Assembly (NCBI GenBank): GCA_951406725.2
Contig: OX597820.1
Location: 68,448,001-68,512,000 of the forward strand
Length of the DNA: 64,000 bases
Origin: Octopus vulgaris
Taxonomy: Eukaryota
Reading direction: 5' to 3'
A model generated the notes under the pieces. It was not told where the DNA came from. It searched no databases and worked only from the letters and a program-made list of their open reading frames with translations. This document shows positions 1-12,337 of this stretch, one piece after another (position 1 is the stretch's first letter; each line of letters begins with the position of its first letter). Both the position numbers and the translations under genes were made by a program.

Positions 1-63
1 AGGAAGGAAGGAATAGGTCAATCCCCTTCCTAGGTGTCGCGTTTGGTGCCTCCTGTTGCATAG

Positions 64-108
<45 letters not shown>

Positions 109-817
109 TTATCTATCTCAATAGATAGAGAAATGCATTATACGTGTGTGTATGTATAAGCAACCAATGCATGCGTATATACACGCGTGCACACAATATA
201 TACAGATACACAGATATATAAATCCCAAAGTAATTTGGGTAGTGATATTGTTAATAGAAAAAAATCTAATAGATATATAACGAGCGTTCGTCCAGTTTGC
301 TTGCTAAAGCTTAATACAAAATTAAGCAGTGACATTATATGAAGCTCACCACCATAGATTTTTACAGTTATAAGTACAGAAAATATGTGAAGGCATAATA
401 ATGCTTGTGACATTTGATAAAATGCAAAAAAGGTTCATGAATTTTTCATATTTAATAATAAGCGCTAGACATAATGACTACAACACAATATTGGCTGCTA
501 ACAAAACCCGGAGAATATTTCTCCAAGAAATGTATCTAGTATTAATTTTATTATTGATCTGGAGAACTGTTTCGGATTGAAATATCGACAAAAATATAAC
601 AAAAAATAATAAATAAAATTAAAGGCGGGATTTGCACTGTAATAATGACTTGCCGGTGTCTTGCGATGGAAAAGTACCAGGAACCGCAGCTGCATTACCT
701 ATAAATTAGATTCTTGTAGAAAAAGTCATGTAGGGTATAATATTCGCTGCATGTAAAAAAAGAAATGTTCAATTTAAAAGAGATGTGGCAGGCAGTGTGA
801 CGCTTGCCATTTTGCTA

Positions 818-1043
818 TCTTTTATTTGTCCCAGTCATTGAAGTTCGGCCTTGAAAAATTTAGTTCAACAAATTGATTCCAATATTTATTTTCTAATTCC
901 GGTGCTTATTTCACCGGTTCTATTTTACGGAACCGCCATATCACGAGGTGAAAGCAAAACAGTAACCGGTTCTCAAGCGGTATGGTGAAAACGGTCGCAA
1001 TGAAAAAGATATACACCTAAATAACCAAATAACCAACCACACG

Positions 1044-1112
<69 letters not shown>

Positions 1113-1295
1113 ACACCCCACACACCCACCCACACACACACAAACACACGAAAGGATTCCGCACAGTGTCCGTCAACAAAATCGCCCCACAAGACATTGG
1201 TCAGCCCGAGGCTATTGCAGAAAACACTTCTCAATATCGCTCAATGAGACTGACCCCCCCCCAAATATGGTTGCAAAGTGAGTTTTTAACCATGG
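818..1295 (-). mobile_element. SINE-A, old degenerate copy with expanded (CA)n
   Basis: Residual ccggttctattttacggaaccgc and cacaagacattggtcagcccgaggctattgcagaaaacactt match the family. Confidence 0.7.
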
Positions 1296-1718
1296 AGATG
1301 TGAAAAAGGCAAGTCTGATAATTGCCTCGGGCGTTAAGTGTATATTTATTGTCGTGTCAGTCCTCGAGGCGTTTTTTTTGTATCTGGTGGAAAGGAAGAA
1401 AGGAATAGGTCAATTTAATAGAAGGAATGAAGGCGCATTAACTTCACATGTGTGTTTCCCTCTATAATAATTTTCAGAAAAATTATGTTTATATGCTCTT
1501 ACAAAACATCTTAAACTTAGTGACGTTTGACAACTTTGTGGTTTATTATCCTTACATGATTATTATATTTTTAAAAGCTTTGTTTAAGAATGAAGATCAG
1601 TGCTCTCATGACCTTTTTGATGGTATTTCGTAACTGGAATGAAACGGGATAAATATATTCGGTGTTGAAACTGAAGACCTGTTCTCAATATATATATATA
1701 TACAACAATGTGGTTTAC

Positions 1719-1978
1719 TCTGTTGTGTCTGGGGAGAGTCATTTTCTTTTTGTGCTTTATAATTTAACACACCGGTAAAATTTCCACTTATTTTTATTTT
1801 CCTAAAATATTCGTTGCGTCTTGCAGCCTTTTCAGTAGTCTTGACTCTTATTGAAAGGGTTGCAAGACGCAACAAAAATTCTAGGAAAGTAAAAATAAGA
1901 AATAAGTGGAAATTTTACCGGTGCGTGTGTTAAATTATAAGGCATAAAAAGAAAATTACTCCCCCCAGACACAACAGA
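1719..1978. repeat. ~260-bp imperfect hairpin
   Basis: tctgttgtgtctgggg...accggtaaaatttccactta...gttgcgtcttgca pairs with tgcaagacgcaac...taagtggaaattttaccggt...ccccagacacaacaga. Confidence 0.92.
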
Positions 1979-2261
1979 ATATGCTTCAACACACGAACTC
2001 ACATAAAGAATCTTGCAAACCACATCCAAAAACGAAATGTGGTTTACGCTAAAAGAACCCAAGGAACATAGTTATGTGTTAAGGCAAGAATTAGAATAAG
2101 TGTGCCATTCAGATTAAGGACTGATTCTTCTTCGAGCCTCGTGCATATTCCTTTATAAAATATTCACTTACAAAAAGCAGAAGTTACTTTGTGTATTGTG
2201 TTGTAGGATTTACCTCTACACTACATAGCTGTGGAGCGAACCTATCTGCTTAATTTTGTGC

Positions 2262-2668
2262 CTCTTTCTCTTTTCTCTTTTACTTGTTTCAGTCATTTGA
2301 CTGCCGCCATGCTAGAGCACCGCCTTTAATCGAGCAACTCGACCCCAGGACTTATTCTTTGTAAGCCCAGTACTTATTCTATCGGTCTCTTTTGCTGAAC
2401 CGCTAAGTGACGGGGACATAAAAACACCAGCATCGGTTGTCAAGCAATGCTAGGGGGACAAACACAGACACAAACATACACACATATATATACACATGCA
2501 TACAACGGGCTTCTTTCAGTTTCCGTCTACCAAATCCACTCACAAGGCTTTGGTCGGCCCGAGGCTATAGTAGAAGACACAATTGCCCAAGGTGCCACGC
2601 AGTGGGATTGAATCCGGAACCATGTGGTTGGTAAACAAGTTACTTACCACACAGCCACTCCTGCGCCC
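2262..2668 (-). mobile_element. SINE-A, full length
   Basis: Reverse complement closely matches 10361-10805. Confidence 0.9.
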
Positions 2669-3034
2669 TGTTCATTTTTTGCTTAAATGATTTTTTGCCG
2701 TTTTCACAATACAATTCAGATAATTTGTAGATGTTTTTATTATATAACGAAATATCTTTCTGTTTACTTTTGAACAATTAAGCTATTGGAATGTGAGAAT
2801 ATTGGAGCGCCACCTTTGAAAGGTTTAATTGATGAAATCAAGCCTACAAATTATTCTCTTCTCTTGCCAAAGCGCTAAATTATGGGGTTGTAAACATCCA
2901 CCTTAGCAAACGCAAATACACAGACATATATATATATATGTATTTATAAATGTATGTATGTATCTATCAATCTTTCTATCTACTCACACAAACACGCACG
3001 CACGCACACACACAGACACAGACACAGACACAGA

Positions 3035-3109
<75 letters not shown>

Positions 3110-4659
3110 TACTGGATTTGCACATTCATTAGATTTTCGGACAATTTATTTCTGTTTTAAGTCCGAACCCTAAAATCTCATAAAGGTCAGCCTTCTGTTT
3201 CATAGCTTCTGAGTTCGGTAAAAGAAATTATCATTTAAGTCCATCTACTTGACTGAGCCCTTTTACCAAATTTGTGGCATTCTGTGTATAAGAAGTTATT
3301 ATTATAATTGTTATATAGTTTATAGTTGATAATATTTTTTAACTCTATGTTAGACCGGATCGAACTTATATATATAGCCGAAGGAATGCCAGCCATTTTT
3401 TAGGTATACTATACCAATGATCACATTATCTAATATGTTTCTTTGAGGGAGATTCGCTGCTATTACAAATAGATTGTGTAACCATATAGATACTTTTTTT
3501 GGCTCGATTAATAATTTTGAAGAAAAAGTTAAATTTTAATTTCATTTCGGCAACCAGTCTTTTTATAGCTACAGGTCTTTTCTTTCGTAAGACTTGACAA
3601 GTATCAACATTTATCATTGATTTAATATATTTAACATGTCCAGAATAGTAAACTGTAAAAGGGAATAATATACAGAAGGATTTTCTAATATTGATGCATC
3701 TCACGTGGATATAAGTTAGTCACGAAACTCTAAAATTCCCAAGATACTTTGACAGGGAACTAATCTGTTCGATTTTGTCAGAAACTACGTTTATAGTTAC
3801 AGAATTCAAAAGTAGCATTAAGATAGATACGTGTTTCGCTGATGCTGTTGAACAGAGGCTACACAAAAAGAAAAAGACGATGAAGAAAAAATAACAAAAC
3901 AAACTAAGCACCAATTGAATACAAAACGATGCTAAAATAGAGGTGTTAGCGAGAAGGCTGTAGGTAAGGGTGTGATACAAATGTGGAAAAATACATATAT
4001 ATATGTATAAATAGAGAAAAAAAAACAGCAGGAGTGGAATAGTGTAAGTGAATAAAAAGAGATAGAGGCGTGGAAATGACACAGAGAAAAAGAGAAAAAG
4101 AGAAAGACGAAGAAAAGGAGTATGAGAAATAGAGAGAAAGCTGGTGTGTAACGGTAATGATAGCAAAGAATAGAATGAAATTTAACAAAATGAAATGTCT
4201 GTAATTGAATTTTATAGCCTTAAGCAGGAGCAGAACTCTTGTTTTACCTCTTTTAAGATGCCATTGTTTTTGCTTCTGTTATGCGTTTATTTAGTCTAAT
4301 TAAAACTTTTCATCACCTTCGTGTGTTGGTTTCAAAAGTAGTCCTTTTGATTTTGTCTGCAACGGAGGTAATTCTGGTGCAGTAATACTGATATATAATA
4401 TAATTATTAATATCAGGCTGCTCTCAGCGGGTTTCCTTGCAGAGAAAAATAAAACACAAGAAAAAAGTTTATAGAAAGACTAGATATAGAGGGAGAGTTG
4501 GGAGGGAAACGGAGAGAAAGAGATAGGTGAGGTGAGGAAGAAGAAAAAAAGATTGCAAATAATAACAGGCAGGCTTTATTCGCTCTATCCTGAGGGCTAG
4601 GCTAGGCGCTGATTATGCATGGGTTGGAAAAGGGTGTCGGATAAATTATTAGGCTGTGG

Positions 4660-5300
4660 ACTTACGCTTGTCGGTCGTAGCTTCGGTTCAGGCTATGGCA
4701 ATGGCGGATGGTGCAGTACGATTGCCAGCAACAGGGGTACGAGGAGGTTGACAAGAAGGAGAGAGAGAGAGAGAGAGAGAGAGAATTTCTGAGCGATAGA
4801 GACTAAAGAAAGGAGAAATAAAGAGATAGAAGGAACAATCTAAGATGTATTTCAAAGATAAGCAAAAGAGAAAGAGAATGAAAAATGAAGCATTTAACAA
4901 ATTGAGAGAGATAGAGAGGTACCGTGATAAGACAAAAAAAAAAAAAAAAAAAAGAAAAAGAAAAGAAAAGAAGAATAGAGGAAGTATCTGAAGGAGAGAG
5001 GAAAAGTAAATGAAGACGAGAGTGGGACGTTGGCGGCATCGGTAACAGGGGTGGAGTAAAGTGCGGCTCTCGTGATGCAGCTGTTTTAGCGACTGTGGTG
5101 TTAGGAGTCTTGGCTCCAAGGGTGGTTCACAACTTCCTGTGAAACAAGTTTTCTTTGTAATTTAAAATAAGGGGTAAAAATAGGGGTAGAATTTACTGGC
5201 TTTTCAATATCCCTCGTAGTCCAGTTAGGTTTGGCCGTTTGACCAGTTATTTATCGTCTCATTTTTCGAGTTTACATTTGCGAGCCAACAGCGGGAAAGG
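4660..5300 (-). other. Candidate non-coding first exon and promoter region of a minus-strand gene
   Basis: Non-repetitive, GC/CpG-richer blocks (4570-4755, 5020-5140) flank a CT-rich tract. There is a perfect minus-strand donor AAGC|GTAAGT at 4666/4665. No transcript evidence is available. Confidence 0.3.
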
Positions 5301-5404
5301 TTGCCAAGGTTACAAAGCAAAATTTAATACAGGAACGGGTTTTAAACAAGTGCCGAACATCTCGTAACTGGTAGAATGAATAAAGATTTCACACATACGC
5401 GATC

Positions 5405-5413
5405 ACACACACG

Positions 5414-5472
<59 letters not shown>

Positions 5473-5483
5473 GCGCGCGCACA

Positions 5484-5553
<70 letters not shown>
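5405..5553. repeat. (CA)n microsatellite
   Basis: Direct reading. Others at 1047-1147, 3038-3108, 47827-47892 and 59811-59855. Confidence 0.95.
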
Positions 5554-5556
<3 letters not shown>

Positions 5557-5820
5557 GCAGAAACGCACATGCTCATGCGCATAAATACACGAATATATAT
5601 GCATGTGCGTGCATGCTTGTCAACAGTGATTATTAATTGTAATAAAACACTTTGAGCTGAACTATGTCATATTTCTATGTGACTCTATCACATCAATCTA
5701 TTTTCCGTGTTCAATAATGGGGAAGTGATGACAGTGCAGGCGAGAAACTTAACAGTAGTAGAGCTGTTTAGAATCACACTCAGAAACGAGCGGTCATTAA
5801 AGTTTCAGAAGAGAAAAATT

Positions 5821-5838
5821 AATAATAATAACAATAAC

Positions 5839-5905
<67 letters not shown>
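5821..5905. repeat. (AAT)n microsatellite
   Basis: Direct reading. Others at 46010-46099 and 46392-46461. Confidence 0.95.
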
Positions 5906-5909
<4 letters not shown>

Positions 5910-6262
5910 CAATAGTTACTTTTATTTTTCTTTTCTTCTCCTACATGCAATTTAATATTACTGTCACCCTTTTTTAATTAGTTTTTAATTAATACCCATT
6001 TTGGGATATTTAGCAAAATTGGAATTTAATAGGGATGAAAGGAGCAAATTCTTGTACAGATTAATAAAAGAATGCATAGCATATTCGGACTCTTGTTTTA
6101 GACAATTTGTTTTAATCCATCCCACTGCTCTTTGAATGAACACGAAAAATATTGACGTCGAATTTTGCCACATGTCCAGTAATTTCTGGGAATGGATAAG
6201 CCGATTTTATATATATACCACATACATACATACATACATACATACATACATACATACATACA

Positions 6263-6294
<32 letters not shown>

Positions 6295-6436
6295 CATATA
6301 CATACATATATATATATATACATAGCTCGAAACGTAAAAGACTTGTTTTATTTCTATTCCTGAGCGCCATTCTAATACATTGTTTGTTTGTACTCCACCT
6401 GCCTTCGTCTTTTGTTTATTTTCGTAAACCTTCCCG

Positions 6437-6474
<38 letters not shown>

Positions 6475-6504
6475 GCATATATATATATATATATATATAT
6501 ACAT

Positions 6505-6548
<44 letters not shown>

Positions 6549-6549
<1 letters not shown>

Positions 6550-6720
6550 GGTGCAGCGGTGGCCTTGTGGTAAGTACCTTGCAAGAGTCTTCTACTAAAC
6601 CCTCGGGTTGACCAAAGCCTTGTGAGTGGATTTGGTAGACGGAAACTGAAAGTAGCCCGTTGTATACATGCATATATATACATATATGTGTGTGTGTGTT
6701 TGTGTATGTATATATGCGTG
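6549..6720 (+). mobile_element. SINE-A partial copy (head with internal deletion)
   Basis: gtggtaagtaccttgcaagagtcttctact joins the A-box region directly to the post-B-box region, then gaccaaagccttgtgagtggatttggtagacgg. Confidence 0.8.
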
Positions 6721-7438
6721 TGTGCGTGTCCGTGTGTGTGTGTCTCTCTCTCTCTGTGTATAACCTACATAGAGGGATAAAAACGATATAGTTTTATAGG
6801 CATATGTGTAGTGCACATATAGACATGCCTTGCATTTAGTTCTGAGTTATGTCCGTTCACTGAAAAATGAACATGCTATATTCATTACTTACAACTTAGA
6901 TGTTATAAAAGGTAGGGTGGCAGCAGTCTAACATCTGAACGGTGGCGCAAAAAAAAAAATAAGAAAAAAGGAAATAGGAATACTACATCAAAAGTAAAGA
7001 CCTATTCCTTGGCATGTACATGTACGTTCTGGTTATCTCCAAACTAGCCCCATATAGTGAAACGAATCATACGGTTTACACATTCAAATAAAGTGAAATG
7101 AGTGTACATTCTGTACAATTACAGGTATATTGATGAAGAAATATCATTATCTTTAAATATTAGTTGCTGCGAAGTAACATACGGAAATAAACTGCGCAAT
7201 TCCAATAACTAAAACATTTGAATGGAATCTTTATATCATAGTTGCAGCGAAATGCGGAGAGTTATCACGTTACTTACTAAAAATCATCACCGCCCTTTTC
7301 AGTTTTATAAGTAACATTTAATTACAAAATATCTAGATAATTGTAATTAGTTGCAGGATTTAGATCTCTGTGAATGTTAGTTGTCTTTAAGCAATAAACT
7401 AAAACTGGTTGTGATATTCTTCAGCTATATATAGTATA

Positions 7439-7697
7439 GGCGTATGGCTGGCTGTGTAGTAAGTAGCTTCCTTACCAACCACATGGTTCCGGGTTCAGTC
7501 CCACTGCGTGGCACCTTGGGCTATCGTCTTTTACTATAGCCTCGGCCCGACCAAAGCCTTGTGAGTGGATTTGGAAGACGGAAACTGAAAGAAACCCGTT
7601 GTATACATGTGTATATATATGTGAGTGTGTGTGTGTGTTTGTGTGTCTGTGTTTGTCCCCCCGCCCAACATCGCATGACAACCGATGCTGGTGTGTT
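7439..7697 (+). mobile_element. SINE-A, 3'-truncated
   Basis: Head and body match the family up to accgatgctggtgtgtt. Confidence 0.88.
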
Positions 7698-8119
7698 ATA
7701 TCACTCAAAAATCCCTTGTGCTAATGAATTGATTCAGATATGAACAAATATTGATCGTAAAGGAGATATTCTCTTGTGATGAACTAAAAGAGCGATTAAC
7801 TAGCTGCCGTTCCAAGCAACCGGAATGCATTATGAATAAATATGCAAGATGTAGTTCTGATGTTCGCTATTTAAGAGTTTTTAGTGACTAAGAGTAAATA
7901 TGCACCTGTATATTACGATTCATCCTGGCCCTCCCCCCAAAATCTGCCTTAACATGTTATATGTCAGTCATCAGGATTCAGTGATTGGCTTGGATGTCAG
8001 AAACAGAAAATAAATCATGTGTAGAATTAATCAAGACAAGAGTAAGGTTTATTTACAACACACCTACATACAAAAATTTTCCCACTCTCTCTCACTCACA
8101 GAGGGGCGCCATGAGTTAT

Positions 8120-8303
8120 CACTAAATCCACAAGTTTTTATTATTACTCTCTCTGTTTATTTCCCCATACTCCTTTCTGTTCAAGAGCGTAGTCTCGAAA
8201 TGTAAGAGACTTTCGCACTTTGCCGAGCATCAAACTAATACACATGTTTGTTGTTCATATACCTGACCTGTCTTCGTCTTCGGCTTTTCTGTAAATTTCT
8301 ACT
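8120..8303 (+). mobile_element. Short Penelope-like terminal fragment family ending in (TA)n (other copies 6324-6440 + and 59670-59765 -)
   Basis: Shared ctcgaaa(c/t)gtaa(a/g)agactt...ctgagc(g/a)tca...ttcgtctt...ttttc block running into (TA)n. The Penelope assignment is an inference from the hammerhead-like motif. Confidence 0.45.
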
Positions 8304-8341
8304 ATATATATATATATAAACACATACACACACACACATAC

Positions 8342-8385
<44 letters not shown>

Positions 8386-8546
8386 ATTTGGGGATGCCAA
8401 ATGTCCAGACATGTCATTTGTGTCTGTTGAACTCATAGAACTGCAGATGTAAATCAGATTCTGTTATCCATGACACGTATGTGTGATCTTTTCATTCATG
8501 TATTTACATGAGCCTATGGAAGTATATATATATATATATATATATA

Positions 8547-8934
8547 TTCTTTCTTTACTTGTTTCAGTCATTTGACTGCGGCCATGCTGGAGCACCGCCT
8601 TTAGTCGATCAAATCGACCCCGGGACTTATTCTTTGTAAGCCCAGTACTTATTCTATCGGTCTCTTTTGCCGAACCGCTAAGTAACGGGGACGTAAATAC
8701 ACCAGCATCGGTTGTCAAGCAATGCTAGGGGGACAAACACACACACATACACATATATATATTTATATACATATATACGACAGGCTTCTTTCAGTTTCCG
8801 TCTACCAAATCCACTCACAAGGCATTGGTCGGCCCAGGGCTATAGCAGAAGACACTTGCCCAAGATGCCACGCAGTGGGACTGAACCCGGAACCATGTGG
8901 TTGGTTAGCAAGCTACTTACCACAGAGCCACTCC
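8547..8934 (-). mobile_element. SINE-A, nearly full length (first few bases replaced by an inverted duplication)
   Basis: Matches 2262-2668 throughout and ends at agccactcc. Confidence 0.9.
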
Positions 8935-9183
8935 AGAACGTACATGTACATGCCAAGGAATAGGTTTTTACTTCTGATGTAGTATTCCTATTTCCTTTTT
9001 TCTTCTTTTTTTTTCGCCACCGTTCAGATGTTAGACTGCTGCCACCCTACCTTTTATAACATCTAAGTTGTAAGTAATGAATATAGCATGTATATATATA
9101 TAACGTTTATATATTCGTTTTGCAAGATTCGTGATGTGAAATCGTGTTTTGAAACACGTTTGAAACACATTTTGAAACACATT

Positions 9184-9294
9184 GTTGTATTTGGGGATGG
9201 TCATGTTGCCAGTTTAGCCAGTAAGAACGAAAAGAGCAAAGGACCACTGATGAGGTCACAGAAGTGTGACAAAGAACTCTGACCGAAATACGAT
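9184..9294 (+). ncRNA. Putative hammerhead ribozyme (best fold is type III)
   Basis: CTGATGA (9247-9253), stem II GGTCA/TGACC and GAAA (9285-9288). Stem III GTTGTAT/ATACGAT, stem I TGG/CCA and an AUU triplet at 9189-9191. Confidence 0.5.
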
Positions 9295-9462
9295 TAATGT
9301 AAAAAATAAAATACCGCTGAAGTATTGACACAAATGACATGTCTGGACATGAACATACTAAATATTATTGTCATCTCCTCAACAGCAGAATCAGACAATC
9401 AAACGTTGATCTAAAACCTTTTGAAATTTTTAGTTATGCAAAAGTATCGACAAAGAAAATCA

Positions 9463-9677
9463 TGGGTCATCCCATAAATAATGCGATTTTTTCAATTGCT
9501 TGAACTAAAAGTTGGAGGTGGACGGGATATTCTTAGTGCAAGTTTTGAAGAGTGCAGTTCGATTTTAACAGTTATTTTTAAAGCTATAATGGCAGTGAGA
9601 AAGGAGCATATTCGGCATATTTTGCTATATGAGTTCAAGAAAGGTAACAAGGTAACGGAAAATGCGAGGAATACCCA
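9463..9677 (+). mobile_element. Mariner (Tc1/mariner) 5' fragment: left TIR and start of transposase HTH
   Basis: TIR-like tgggtcatcccataaataatgcgattttt at 9463-9491. An ATG at 9589 gives MAVRKEHIRHILLYEFKKGNKVTENARN, resembling the N-terminal HTH of Mos1/SETMAR-type transposases. Truncated by (CATA)n. Confidence 0.8.
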
Positions 9678-9722
9678 ATACATACATACATACATACATA
9701 CATACATACATACATACATACA

Positions 9723-9756
<34 letters not shown>

Positions 9757-10360
9757 CTTACATACATACATTCACAAGCAAAAATGTCCTGTTATTGATA
9801 TTGAAATTCGAATGAAGGAGCCTTGGATCTAGGTTAGAAACCAGTTATTTCTCTATTGACAAGAAATCTTGAAATAAACTGAATATTGACATACATACAT
9901 AATACATACATCATAGATGCTGTGCGTCTTACATTACTGAATGTACCGTGTTATGACACAGTAAAATCTCTCAAGGAAACTCTATAGCGAGACCATATAT
10001 TCTATTTGTCTGCTTTTATTATATTACGCCATGCTGAAAGTTCCACCCATTTTAGATATTCTTGGATTTGCACACTTACAAGCAAAAATGAAATTCCCTT
10101 CATTGATGAACACTTCACTAATGGAATGGATGCTTTATCTGTTGACTGGCACCATATTGACTAGCCATCAAGTGCGGTGTGCTTCACATTGATATGCTTC
10201 GCCTTCAATCGCTTACTCACTCGCTCAATCAATCTCCCCCCCCACTCTTTCTATCTCTCTCTCTGTCTCTCCATATATAGGTAAACACATATCGAGTACG
10301 ACACACTTCGAACACAGGGGTACTGTTAAAAAAATTACGCTTACACAGCAACTCCTACTT

Positions 10361-10561
10361 AGGCGTAGGAGTGGCTGTGTGGTAAGTAGCTTGCTTACCA
10401 ACCACATGGTTCTGGGTTCAGTCCCACTGCGTGGCACCTTGGGCAAGTGTCTTCTATTGTAGATTCGGGCCGACCAAAGCCTTGTGAGTGGATTTGGTAG
10501 ACGAAAACTGAAAGAAGCCTGTCGTATATATGTGTGTATATATGTGTATATATATATATAT

Positions 10562-10597
<36 letters not shown>

Positions 10598-10805
10598 TTG
10601 TATGTCTGTGTTTGTCCCCCAAACATCGCTTGACAACCGATGCTGGTGTGTTTATGCCCCCGTAATTTAAGGTTCGTCAAAATAGACCGATAGAATAAGT
10701 ACTAGGGTTATAAAGAATAAGTCCTGGGGTCGATTTACACGACTAAACGCGGTGCTCCAGCATGGCCACAGTCAAATGACTGAAACAAGTTAAAGAGTAA
10801 TAGAG
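10361..10805 (+). mobile_element. SINE-A, full length (tRNA-derived head, internal TA/TG microsatellite, LINE-like tail)
   Basis: Pol III A box tggctgtgtgg and B box ggttcagtccc, followed by CORE-like caccttgggcaagtg. The tail is ccagcatggccacagtcaaatgactgaaac plus aagagt repeats. Many copies in the window. Confidence 0.9.
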
Positions 10806-11127
10806 TATATAAAAAAATTATGCATAGCCTATAGATTTACGTATGATTGCGGGTTTCCTTCCATTTGTATATGTTTGTGCGCATGTTAACATGTAAGGGG
10901 CAAAATATTTTGTATTTAACATCCGAATATATTCCTCACTAGAAGAAGTTCTGAATCATTCATTCTGAGTTGTGCTATTTAAGAAGTTAAGATATTTTAT
11001 CAAATGCGTCTCTTTTGTCTAAAAGTAATTCAAAGAATAAGCTCGGTAAAAAGAAATACTTATAACGTTCAATTTTTCGTTTGCATTTATTTGTCTCTTG
11101 TGTATTGTGTATGAGATGTTATTGTAA

Positions 11128-11186
<59 letters not shown>

Positions 11187-11416
11187 CATTCGTTGTCCTT
11201 TACTTCTTCCTTTCTCTCTTTCTGTCTATCTCCACAGGCATATACGTAAAATATAGGGTAGCGATTTATTATTTTTTTTTAGAAATTTCACTACAACTGG
11301 CCTAGCATGTATAAAAGGTCAATAGACTTAAATGTGGTTTTGATCGTTTTGACTACTCCTTCTAGCGTGTAAAAACTGCTTGCTGAAGGCAACTTTCTCT
11401 TGTGTTTAAATCTACA

Positions 11417-11977
<561 letters not shown>

Positions 11978-12272
11978 CACAAATACTAAAGGAAATAGAC
12001 AAACACGATCGATATAATAAAAATTTATTTACATCATAACATAATATATTATACTATAAAAGATATGTTATAATATAACAACATATTACACTATAACTTT
12101 TATAGCATATCATATTACATATTATAATGTAAATATACGTTTAATATGTCATTTGTATTTTTCCATTTGTAAATTGTAATTATACCCTTTTAGATGTGGT
12201 ATTCAACTGAAATACCTGTGAAAATTGGATGTTTTGCATCCCTTTCAAGGAATTGGTTCTTTCCTTTGTTTG

Positions 12273-12337
<65 letters not shown>

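Larger units (their letters stand above)
6871..9091. repeat. ~160-bp inverted duplication pair (6871-7032 and 8933-9091), 1.9 kb apart
   Basis: Near-identical reverse complements of otherwise unique sequence. Confidence 0.93.
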
